From Aplysia californica (taxonomy: Eukaryota), in the NCBI RefSeq assembly GCF_000002075.1, contig NW_004797304.1, forward strand, positions 1,040,454 to 1,103,188: a DNA stretch of 62,735 bases. The letters are read 5' to 3'. Shown in pieces: positions 51,301 to 62,735 of this stretch. Position 1 is the first letter of the stretch; every line of letters starts with the position of its first letter. The notes under the pieces were generated by a model. It was not told the DNA's origin and did no database searches. It saw only the letters and a list, made by a program, of their open reading frames with translations. The position numbers and the translations under genes are program-made.

Positions 51301-54300
51301 TGAGTTCGTTAGCCTGGACAACAGTCTCATCAGCCTCAGTGCCAGAAAACTCTGTGAATGATTCTGGCCCACTCATGACATTTAGACCCTGGGTCTTTGA
51401 GCTTCACTATTATCATCCCCATATTCCCTAGTATCCTGAAATTTGCTGCCTTTAATCAGTCATTTGGGTATTTACCTTTTGAGAGAGCAAGCTTTTGTCT
51501 GCAAAGACTAGATCTGTGTTTATCAATTGCTTACAAACCAAGCAGTAAAGTAATATTAGAAAATTTTGAACAGATATTGGCATTTTTTATTTCTGAACAT
51601 GAATCCACACTGTGCTTGAGGCAGAATCTCTGTGCAGAAGAAATAGAGCCAGACAAACAGTGGGTCATGCATTTAGTGTCTTATAGGCAACCAAGAATGG
51701 CATATTATGCCAATTTTTGTGATGTCTATGGTATGGTACAAAGCTAAAAATTACTCATTTTGGTGAGGTACCATGTACATCATAAGGCAATGAAGGGGGT
51801 CAAAAATTAGTGTGGATACGGTGTTACATAAAGTTTGGGTACTTTAACTTTTCTTTTTGATTTGAAGAAAAATTTAGCTCTCAAATATTTTTTGGGGCCA
51901 GTGTTCCTCAACAGCTTTGCCTACTTATTTAGAATGAATATATCTTATTTTTAGGTTGCTACCCCCAAACCAGCTGAAAAGAAAGGAAGAGGCAGGCCAC
52001 CTCTCTCAGCTGAGGTAAGATTTTTTCTTTCTACTAGGATATAATATTTTTTCCTGGGTTCTTTTTGTCTGGTTTACTGACCTAAGTATTTTTTAGTTAA
52101 AAAAGCAAAAATTGTGCATAGAAAAAAAGTTCACTATTTCAGATTTATTAAAAAAAAAAATGTTTTAAGAAATTCTGGAATGAGTTATCTATGTTAGTGC
52201 ATGGTTGATACTATTTTAGAGTGGGATGTATCTTGTATACAGCTAAGATTGTTCTAAAGGAACTTATTTATTTCTATTTGAGGAGTGACAGAAAAAGTTT
52301 CCTTCTTCAGCCCCAGTAGTGACATCTATGAAACTGCTAAGATTTTTAGGGATGCATTTTTAGAGAGTAAACCATCTTGTAGCGCTCTCATTATCTTTAG
52401 TTAACAGTTTGTTTTTTCAGTCCGACTGATCATGGTACAGGAATGATGTAAGATTTTTCTCAGAGCAGTCCCAGTGATATTATAATATGAGTATACTGTA
52501 CATGGAGCACCGGCAGTAGAATTTTAGTTGCCGCGGGAGGTTCCCCGCCGGGCGCCTTATCACGTCGGGGTCACGGGGGTCAGCTCCCTGTCGCCGCTCT
52601 GTCTGGGCCGATCTTAATTTTTGGTACTTTTCAACGCAGTTTTAGGTGCATCCTTGTATATATCGTAATTTTCATTTAGTGTACCCAAAGCATGCTTTTC
52701 TGCTCTTGAGACTGAAAAAAGAACTTACGTTGTAACTTGTCTGGTTATTTCGTTAGACGCGCTGGAATCGGCAATGCTAAATCGTAATTTTTTTGGGCCT
52801 AGCAGGAATGAAAAAAATCAATATTAAAAGAAAGGCCTCGACAAAATCTGTTGAACTTTTGTAACATGAACGACATGGCATTGGTGCAGATACTCACAAA
52901 AGATGGTATCTGCGCATATAATAGAAAGCTGTAATTTTGCAACTTTATCCAACGGGCACACAATTCGCTGTCTAGTAATTCCTCCAAATACAACTTTATG
53001 TGCCTAATATAATTGCGAATATTCGCATTTTTTCTCGAAAGTTTATAAAAGTTACCATTTAGTTTCTCTATGAAAAATACAAATCAATTTTAGTGCCAGA
53101 GTACATCTTCATTGTAATACACGAACAGTATCTGTTACACTCCAGAAATTCCTTACTTTACTTAAAATGCTAAGTCTAGGTTTTGTAAGTTGAGTGAATA
53201 ATAGGGATGACTTCTCGTAATTGGGTTATAAGAATAATTTCTAGCTTTCCAGGGACACTGAATCAGCACCAGACTTTTCCAGCTTTATTTTCGTTTCTAT
53301 GACCCTTTGCAATAACTGACAATGTGACTGATTTCTTTACATTCATAATTGTGTTCGTGTATATGTCCGACACAAAGCTAAGAATGAATGTGTTAGCTGT
53401 CATTATTATTCCATACAAGAAGTTTATCTCTACCCATGTTTTTACACAGTTTTGTGGGTTTTTCTAATCGATATACAGTAGTCTCCGCCTAAGATCCCAC
53501 TGCTTACGATCCCGGTTCGCTTAAGATCCCGTTGTTTTAGGAAAACAGAATTTTTACTATACAAAAGTCACCCCTAAGATCCCGCTCTGATGGTCTACAT
53601 TCGGCTAAGATCCCGCATTTCAGATCATAATTTGCCAACAAAAAAAACCCCGGGTGGGCACAGCCGATCAACCAAGAATAAAAAGTTTAGATCAATAAAC
53701 TGTCCGTCGCGTCAAAGATCAGCCACTATCGTGAATGTGATCACATACATGTTGTAAAACTCGATGAAGCGATACAATGTTTGCCCCAGACGGGATCACA
53801 CCGTGGTGTGAACTGACCGACGCGTTTGTTTTCCCCACGCATCGCACTCACACCTTAGCTCGCCACCTAAGCTTGCATCACTCGCTGGGTGGGTAGGGCT
53901 TACAAGTTCGCTCCTGGCGGGATCACATCGAACCGTGAACTCCTCCTTGACCATTGCAGCAGTTGTCTCTACTCCTGAATTTGTGAGACAGACTGAATTT
54001 TAATTGGTGCGTTCACAACGTAATGGTGTGTAACGACAAAGGCAGTTTGGAGGGGGGGGGGGGGGGGAGAGGGGCTCGGTCAGAGATGGAAAGCTATAAA
54101 TTTTTGACAGGGAAATAGGAGGGGCAACTGGGTAATCGTAGATCCTGAGACTCATGATAGGATAATAAGTGAAAATGGCTCGCCTCATGCCACTATGCAC
54201 CGTGAAAGGTCATCAACGTTAACCACTCTTTGCTCGCCATATGCCATAAACCCACCAAGGGGGCACGTCAGCTCATTGTAGAGTGGAGGGAGACCATTTT

Positions 54301-57300
54301 ACCGATTGTGAGCCTTAACATGGGTCAACATAGATTCTTTCCTGGGTTCATCGGTTAAGATCCCGGTTCGCCTAAGATCCCGCGTTTCCTTGCTCCCGAG
54401 CACCGGGATCTTAGGTGGAGACTACTGTAATTTCTTTTTACTTGTATGCTGGCTGCCACAGACACTGCATGATTCATGAACAACCACAGAATAACTTTCT
54501 CTTGTTTAATAGTAAAATAAGAGCCAACGCTGATCCTCTTTAGTTAAAAAATGCAGATGTGCATCTTAGAACTTGACTATTATTACTTGTGCAGATTTAA
54601 GATTTCTCATGGTAAAATACATGATATTCGTAGTCAGTTTAACACAGATTTTGGAGAGATCTGTCGTGCCTTTTTAAAATTAACAATCATTTATTCATAA
54701 GTTTGTAACTAAAATTGGACAAATTGGTTGCTCTACAAACACTTGTCTAGAACAAAAACTAAGACACAGAAATTAACCATTCTAACGCAGAATAAATCTC
54801 AAGACCTTGAGCTTTTAGTACATCCGCATAATGGTTTGCTGTGTGGGATGGGGAAGAAGTTATATCGTTTTAAACATAGTCAAAAATGCAAACTTCCTAA
54901 CCGACACCGGCAAAGTCGCTTCAGGGCTCATTAACCCGTGACCCCGAGCCGTGAGCTCCGGAGGGCTGCTGAGTCACGCTAACTAAAGGTAACAGAATCG
55001 GGCGAAAAGTGACGTCGCATGTAATATATAATAATTTCACTGTGTAAAACGGTCACCTGTCCAACGTGGTCATGGCCACCATATGTTATCTACCAATAAC
55101 AAAAAATACCTGTCTTAGATGACCACGCAAACCACTCATCGCTCTATGATTTGTCATAAATGATATATTGGCCCCTGACTCTGTGGACGAGCCAACATAA
55201 TCCATTCACCTGTCGTTATTGTTAGTCCCTCCATTGAATGAACCAAACATGTTGTTTAGGTCACTCCTAATGTTTACTCAAGCTGACCAATCGGTAATAG
55301 TAATAATACATTTTCAGCTGCTAGTGAGGGAAGCAGTCTGTCATAATCTATAAACCCTGCCCACAGCTCTTACACAAATCATAAGTTACATGAGCTGTCA
55401 CTGTTTATCCAGTCTGTAAACCCAGTATATGTCAATTGATGTCAACATGAACTGTCACTTATTCGCTGAGTGGTCACAACCCATTTGTTCTATTTTGGCA
55501 CTTGGTCTTGATGTACATGATCTCTGAAGTGCAATTTCTGTACCAAACATTCTAAGTCTATAAGTAACTCTCTAACTTATTCCATTAGAGAAACCTGGTG
55601 TGTGTAAAGTTAGGCCCCTTGGGCATATTGTTCAATTACATTGGTTGCTTTGTTCTAATAAACTAGTAAGTCTGTACCCGCACCTTCTGTGTGTTATTAA
55701 GCCAAATAAAGAATTCTGAACATCTGGTCCTACATATTTCGTTTTGTCTCAACCTTGCACAAAATCATCATTTATTTAAAAAAAAACCCAACAAACAAAC
55801 ATCTGAATGCCACAAAAACCTTCCTTTACTTTTCCCCCTTTCCAAAAGAAAAAATCAAAACAGAACATTTAGTCGTAAGCCTGTGACCACCCCCAGTTGG
55901 GACATCAGAAGTAAATAGTTTGTTGTCTTCATTTTGATCAGTCCTGTGTGATGTGTGTAACGACCACATGTCTTGTACAGCCACTTTTCTCCTCGCAATA
56001 ACAGCTTCATCTGTACGCCCCCAGACATAGACTTGGACGTTTGTGGAATGACACTAAAAATATGGGACTTTTCACTTGTTGGGTAGATGGTCATTGTCTG
56101 TCTGTCTGTCTGTCTGTCATTGTGTCTCTCTCTCTCTGTCTGTCTGTCTCACACCCATGCTTTGAATCTCACTCTCTTTCTCCCTTTCCCATCTCTTTTT
56201 TCTTTCTCTAAACACTTTATTTTTAAACAAATCTTTGTTGTTCCCTTTTAAAGGATTCATGTAATAATACCCCCCCCCCAACGGCTGTTAAGTGGTTTTT
56301 TAAAATGTTCTAAAGTACAGAATAAAAACGAGCATCTGGGCATGTTTCCTTCCTTTTTCTCAGGAGAAGGCCAAGCGTGCTGAGGCCAAAAAGCAGTCAG
56401 CGGGCCGTGGTCGTGGGCGGCCTAAAGGAAGCACAGTAAGTGAACCTGGATGAGATTGCTTAGTGTTAGATAGTGGTCATAATCTTTGATAATAGGTAAA
56501 TAGAAAAATAAATAAATAGACACCACTTTTATTAATCCCCTCCTCAAGGAAATTTGGTTGACGATGGAATGCATGCGTACATGCATACTAAAATGTATGT
56601 GATATTCCATCAACGTTTTATAAGACACTATTGATCAATTAAACTCAGGAGATGGTTGGTGGGTGTTCTAATATGGTTTTCTCCTTTTTTCCTATCAAAC
56701 ATCTATCATTCTGATCTCTCCTCCTTTTTTGTGTTTGTTACTCTTTTGTAACATGATCTGTAATCCTTTGCACTTATATGACGTTATTGTGTTGCAAGTG
56801 CTATAAAACTTTAACAAAAACTAAACAGACAATCAACGTGCCATTGCTTGTGCTATGATCTCACGAAAATTTGTTGGACGAGAAGTGTTTGTGGATCGAG
56901 CCTCATCGTGTGAACATGGATGATCATTTCTTTGAACCAAATAAATTGCCAAGGTGTCTCATGATGTGTTGAATGTCTATTTTTGTATTACAAAGTGAAT
57001 AAGCTATTAATTGTACTGCATAAGTTCGATGGTAAGGAGAGTTCTTTGGCAAGGAGACTGGAGGTCTAGTACATGAATGCTAAGAGCTATTCCACCGAAT
57101 TAATTTGAAAAAGCTTCAACCATAAACAAAGCGTTGAATGACTGACCTGTGTAAGACTAATTTAATGACACCACCGTAGTATGGTAGTATCAATTTGTTA
57201 ATACACATGTGATCTTTTTCTTGCGGGTCATGTACAGTATGATAATGATTTCTTTTTTTTTGGTGTCTGTCTTACAGTATTTATCGCATTTATAGAAATG

Positions 57301-57636
57301 GGATTATTTGTCTCTCACTACCAACTTTTTGACATATTTGACTGCAGTCTGGACTTGGTTAGAGGATATCATTAGTCGATTTTCTTTCTTCCGCTGAAGA
57401 TTTTTTTGTTGTTGTTTATTTATTTTTTTTACTGTATTCTCTTTTATTACTTTTTCTGAATAAACATTTTTTTAATGTTTGTGGTTACCAGTTTAATTGA
57501 AACATATGGACATTTTGTTAAAAACAATGGTATCCAGTTGTGAAAGTACACTAATTCAAATGAGGCAGAATTTGTTATTTAACGTTTATATATATATATA
57601 TTTTTTTTTCAGAAGAAAAGCCCTAAAAAAAAGTAG
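48364..57636 (+). CDS. 83-aa HMGA-like AT-hook chromatin protein: MPKRKATK-APANDAATNDE-GETAASPAKAQKK-VATPKPAEKKGRGRPPLSAE-EKAKRAEAKKQSAGRGRGRPKGST-KKSPKKK*
   Basis: Six micro-exons: 48364-48387, 49354-49386, 50864-50902, 51955-52014, 56364-56435 and 57613-57636. Each is a multiple of 3 with a polypyrimidine YAG acceptor, and the five internal junctions have GT donors. Two AT-hook cores (GRGRPP, RGRGRPKGS). The ATG context is AAAATG. Confidence 0.85.
53476..54427. mobile_element. Tc1/mariner-pogo (Tigger-like) non-autonomous element
   Basis: TA|CAGTAGTCTCCGCCTAAGATCCC ... GGGATCTTAGGTGGAGACTACTG|TA, giving 23-bp TIRs and a TA TSD. Several subterminal taagatccc repeats. Confidence 0.85.
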
Positions 57637-60600
57637 ACATGAATGCTCTTCAAGAAGGCAGCTTCAGGAAATCTTTGGTTGAAATAGACTGAGGGGAGAG
57701 CAGTGGGGGAAAGCTGATAGCGCATGTTGGGCAGATGGTCATTGTCAAGTTCTCCCACATTGGTCGGAGAGAGTCAGGTCGGAGAAGGAGAAGCTGTGTG
57801 CTGAATGAACGTCTGAGAGAAACTATATATTTTGTTTTGACGTGTTGTCATAAATTGTACTCGATGTCTCTGGGTGTGACAATGGGTTGTCCTCTCCCCT
57901 AGGTTTTTGTTTTTCAAAATGAAGGAAGGTCTTTTTGAATGTTGAAGATCAGCCTGCTGTGTTTTAGGGTGTTTTTGAACTAACCCTTGTGAGTGGTTGC
58001 AATGAAGGTGGATATTTTTTCAGTACTTTCTGGACATTTATTGTAATGCGAGTTTCTCTCAGGCAACTTTTTCACCTCTTACCTCAGTATGTTTCTGATA
58101 CGCTGATATGTCTGAAGTAGATATCAAACGATGATGTTTTCATTTATAACTCTCTGGAGGTAGAGTACAGTATTCCTTATATCCTTTGGGGGGGCTCCTA
58201 CTTTATTTCACTGGAATTTCTTATCCTTTACGGCATTGTTGACCTGATGTCGAAATTTTGAAATAATTTTTTTTTTGTTACACCATGCAGTATTTTTGTA
58301 TTCAAATTTTTATCTCAGTATTGTCCCGTACTAGATCTGGAGTGTTATTGAAAAAGATACGGTTGCAGAAAAGTTTATTTGATTGAAAAATGTTTCTGTT
58401 TGAGCAACAATTTCTTAGAGAATATACTTTTGTGATGAGTGTATTCCTTAAACTATAACAGTCTGAAGTAAGAAATGCTTTTATGATTAGTTGATTAGTC
58501 AATGTTGGTTAATGAACTAGATAGTAATGTAAGTAATATGATAAAGTTGTCTACAGTTATCTGCTTTTACCTACCCTTCAAGTTGAATGATTTTTGTTAG
58601 TTCTACAATAAAACAAAGTATGTTCACATATTCTACATGTTGTTTGGCTGTACAGGTTTCTGGAAAACTATGTTTTATAGCAGCTCTGTCCCCTTTTGTG
58701 TCATGGACTGTGTAGAAACCAAAGACTGTTATGTAGTAGTTGTTTGTAAGCTCTGTATATGAGACTATTTTACAAGAGTAAAAGTGCAATTTAGTTTCTA
58801 TTTCTTAAATAAATTTACAATCTAATCTATTAAAGGCATTGTTTGTTCTGTTTAAAAAATTGTGTAAAACAGACAGAGCCATACAAAAAATCTATTATGT
58901 AGGCATATTTACTGTAGAAAAGTCAATTTTTTGTTTTGTTTTTATGTTTATAACACAGTTGTGAAGTTTTCCTTTTTGTACAAGATTTTAGTGTTAATAT
59001 TTCTCATAAAATTTAGGACTGTCCTGTCATTATACTGTTAAGAATGAGAGGCATGTAATGAAAGAAGTGAAATGATAAATGTGAGTTCAAGACTAGATTT
59101 TAGTCTGAAATGGTTTACACTTTCCTGTTCAACCTGGTCGGAACATAATGCAGTGTTAGGATTGCACCTGGCTGGAAACAGCAGGTAACAAATTTTCAAC
59201 CAACTGTTCAGATGTGTTAAGCCCCAATTTTTGAAAAATTTTTTATTGTAGTTTTTAAATCTATGGTATGTGTTGCATGTGCACAAGTATATTTTGTCAA
59301 ACTTCAAATTCTAAATGTAAAAACAAAAAAATAAAACAAAAACATACATAAATTAGGTGATAAATTTGATAAAAGAATAAATTAATTTTTTTCCTCCCTC
59401 ATAAAAAGCATTGCTTTCTTGGCTTAGAACAGCTGCATAGCTTGTCGGCGAAATGTGATGCCAGCATCCAACCAGGCCGGAACTGGTGGGATGTGACAGC
59501 TTCTTTCTCCCACAATATTTTCTCAAGAGTAGGCTTAAATGAGGTAAAGATTGATCACTGACGTTTTAGCTGAAGCATCATTTTCATTTCCTGTGAGGAA
59601 ATCATGTAGGTGTGGTTTTGTTACCAGTCACAGTTTCCTGCCATTTTCCATTAACTGCAAAAGAATGTAAACAGCAGAAGCTCGATAGTTGCTGGAACAA
59701 AAAGTTGAGCGAATAAGCAGCCCCTGCTAAAGAAGAATGTTTACAGGAAAGGCTTAAACAAGGAGGTGAACTTCTGTGGTTTTTCAGAAGAGTCATTCTC
59801 AAGTTTGAACTTCTAGAAGATTAGAGAAACGTTCATCAGTGGGTAATTTTTGTCTCTGTGAGTTGTGATGGCGTGTTCTGCCGTTAGAAGTACAGTATTT
59901 CATGCACAATTCATTCATCTCCAGTAATTGCCATCGTTACATAAAAATTCTCATTGTTTTCTTCACCATGACCTTTCCTCCACTGCTCTGTCTGCGAGTG
60001 ACCCTGTCATGCCAATATATTGATATTTGTAACGTTTACCATTGTAATCCCATCCTTCGTCATGTCTTGTTAATGTTGTTGTTGTCTTTTTTTTTTTTAG
60101 GGCACTAGAATGCCTTTTGATTTTGATATTATCCAACTCATTCATATCATTACTGTTCATTACGAATATAAGTTCTCGAATCTCTTATTTTGAGTATTGA
60201 CCAAGTCATTTTTGCTGATCGGATTTAGTTTTTCTCAGTGCTTCACGTCTTCTGGTTTATAAAGCATTGCACAAACAAATTGATTTACTTGTTCCGCCAA
60301 GCACTATTTGTACTTTTGTTATCAGTGTACATGTATGATCCATTCTCATCTGATAGGTTACCTTCTTGTCCCTTGACAAAAGGAGTTCATGGAGGAAAAG
60401 TGCTATTTCAAACATGTCTCTCCTGCATTTTACTTTTGTCACAGAGTAAGCCACTGCCATAACTTTTGATGAACGATTAGTCTTTTTTACTGCAGTTATA
60501 TATCTTGCTTGGTTGGCGCTGGATTGTGTCAATGGGGGTGTAAAATTTGTCCACACATTTGTTGATGCTAGTGATGTCATCTGGTTCAGATTGTTGCTGT

Positions 60601-61370
60601 AATAAATCCAGGATGTGACTAAAGACTAGTGTAGGTCATGGTTTACTGCATTTATTGATTTATTTTCTAAAATCCTTCTCCTGTTGCGGTTAGATTCAAA
60701 ACGTAATGCTTTAAAGTTCTTTGTAAAGGCTTCATCAGGCTTTTGAAATACATACGCACTTTTGTTGTTAAAGTGTTACTGGGTAGGAGACATCAGGTTG
60801 AATATTGATATCACTTTGACCGATGCCAGCAAGACTGTTGTACGTTCCTCTTTGTAGGACATAAGTTATGATAGTCTTATAGTTCTTGTACAAAAAAGTG
60901 GAATGGTGGTGAACTGAATGAGTATACATTACAGGCTTTAGGGTTATATTTCAGAAAATAAGAAAAAGTAATTGATGTCATTAACGAGACCATCGGTAAG
61001 GATTTATGGTTCAAGTTCTTTTGGGTGGTCTTGAACATAGGTGAGTTTATGTATTTTTGCTGTCATGGTGTTGAGCGTGGGTTTACTGGTTGACACATCA
61101 TTTAAAGCTTTGAAATAAGTAGATAGTGAATGAACTTCCAGAATATATGCATGGACGTTATTTGTTTTTCTCTTATTCTCATGTGTGCTGTTTCTGAACA
61201 AGTCAAAACCTTCTGTTGACATAGTATATGTGTACGAGTTGCGTGTGTTTTTTAGTTCTTGATGCTAAACAAAATCAAAGACTGTCACCTGTCATGCTGT
61301 GTCATTGTGTGTGTATTCATTATGTCCTTTAGTTTTAAAATCAAATAAAGATGTTCAAACGTAGAATTCC
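57637..61370 (+). other. 3' UTR of the AT-hook gene with candidate alternative poly(A) signals
   Basis: U-rich sequence after the TAG. AATAAA at 58808-58813, ATTAAA at ~58828-58833, and a distal AATAAA at 61344-61349. Confidence 0.45.
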
Positions 61371-62214
61371 ATAGTTGATTTTTTTACAATTCATTTCCTG
61401 TTATTATGATGATAATTCACTGTACTGTGTTCGGAAAATTGTTGAAATCAGGGGTACATACACTCATGCACACTTCTAGTGTGGTGGTTGGCAGGTGCTC
61501 TGGTGTGGTTTGCTCCTTCTTTCCTATCAAACATCTGTCATCCTTATCTCTCCTCCCTTTTTTGTGTTTGTTACTTCCTTGTAACTCCTTCCCCACTGAT
61601 ATGACCTTATTGTGTTGCAAGTGGCGTAAATCTCTTACTAAAACACTTCTTTCATGCACATATAATATAGTATTGTGAAACATGTGCTTAGTGGAAAGAT
61701 TTTTAGGTCCCTGATTTTTCTTACAAGTGTATTTATTGTATTTGAAGCATGTACTTGGGAGGTTGGAGGGTGCCACTGGTAGTGGCAGGCCCTACTTCTT
61801 TTCTTTCCGTCTATTGTTTCTGTCTATCCGTTTTACTTTCTCACTGCACAATGACCATTATTGTGTAGATGTGCTTCTCTTTATAAATTCAGTGGGTGGG
61901 TTGTGGGTGCTCTGATATGGTTTGCTCCTTCTCTTTATCGACAAATATCTATCGTCCTTATCTGTCCTTTTTTGTTCCTTACTCTCCCTACTACAATATG
62001 CCGAAGGCCCAGGAAGTTGTCTCACTAACAAGGCAATCCCCAATGTCCGGATCGGATGCGGGAGCAACTTTATTTTACTCTTTTGTAATACCTCTGATCT
62101 TCGCCACTTGTATGACCTCATTGTATCGCAAATACCGTAAAACTCAACACTTTACAGTACTTGATCTCAAACTAAAAAAACCCAGCATAGCTTATATTAT
62201 TTTTTTTCTGGTAA

Positions 62215-62545
62215 GTGTTTTTACGGCGCTCGCTACTGCATAAGGTCATATGAGCGTGCGGAACACACCAAACATTTTCAATTGGTAGAAAATTTTGAAT
62301 TTTGCCTGGGTGGCGGCCGAAGCCTACTCTATCGATATTGGACCACCAAGGGTTCTTTAACGTGCGCAACTTGCACACGGGACTTCCGAGATTTTTCGCC
62401 CTTGTCCGAGAAGGTTAGGTGTAGATCTTTCCTACCAGAAGATCAGGGCTGAAAGACATCAGTAAAAAGGAGTCAAGGAGAAGCAGTTGAAAGGCTGTAG
62501 AAAGAGCCAGGAGCCCAGAACAGGAAAGAGGCGAAAAGTGTGACT
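62215..62545 (-). mobile_element. SINE family A copy lacking the head
   Basis: 'ttacggcgctcgctactgcataaggtcatatgagcg...ttctttaacgtgcgcaacttgcacacgggac' is co-linear with 3210-3500. Confidence 0.78.
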
Positions 62546-62735
62546 GTGCACCGACTGGCCTTATTATATTTCTCTCCGGAATGGCGACATGCCCCTCAAG
62601 TTTGACACTCGTGACGTCGCGGCTAAGATCTCTAGTTCCATTTATAACCTTTTTGGTCATTGGGTCAAATATTTCCTAAACTTTTGAAGATAAGGGATCG
62701 TTCACGAATGGCGTCAGCTCAGAGGGGAAAGGGGG

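Overview
Animal genomic DNA, AT-rich, with spliceosomal GT-AG introns, microsatellites and N-gaps. The repeat content suggests a lophotrochozoan, probably a gastropod mollusc (inference only). Three spliced protein-coding genes can be reconstructed by hand. (1) The 5' part of a TBC1D25 (Rab-GAP) orthologue on the minus strand, with coding exons 14287-14340, 2523-2632 and 1404-1552; the gene continues beyond the left edge. (2) A ~1021-aa plus-strand protein (27860-33909, 4 coding exons) with a coiled coil, a low-complexity/Q-rich linker and a C-terminal NHL-type beta-propeller. Its N-terminus has no RING/B-box and instead carries two exon-encoded copies of a motif resembling the eEF1B-delta (EF-1-delta) N-terminal peptide. 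(3) An 83-aa basic two-AT-hook chromatin protein (HMGA-like, no acidic tail, MPKRKA start) encoded by six phase-0 micro-exons over 48364-57636, which the ORF track never shows intact. The rest is intron, UTR and intergenic DNA containing a 5'-truncated RNase H-bearing LINE, several tRNA-derived SINE families and many non-autonomous DNA transposons (hAT-, Mutator- and Tc1/pogo-like), clustered near gene 5' ends. The most novel candidate is the EF1-delta-motif/NHL chimeric protein.
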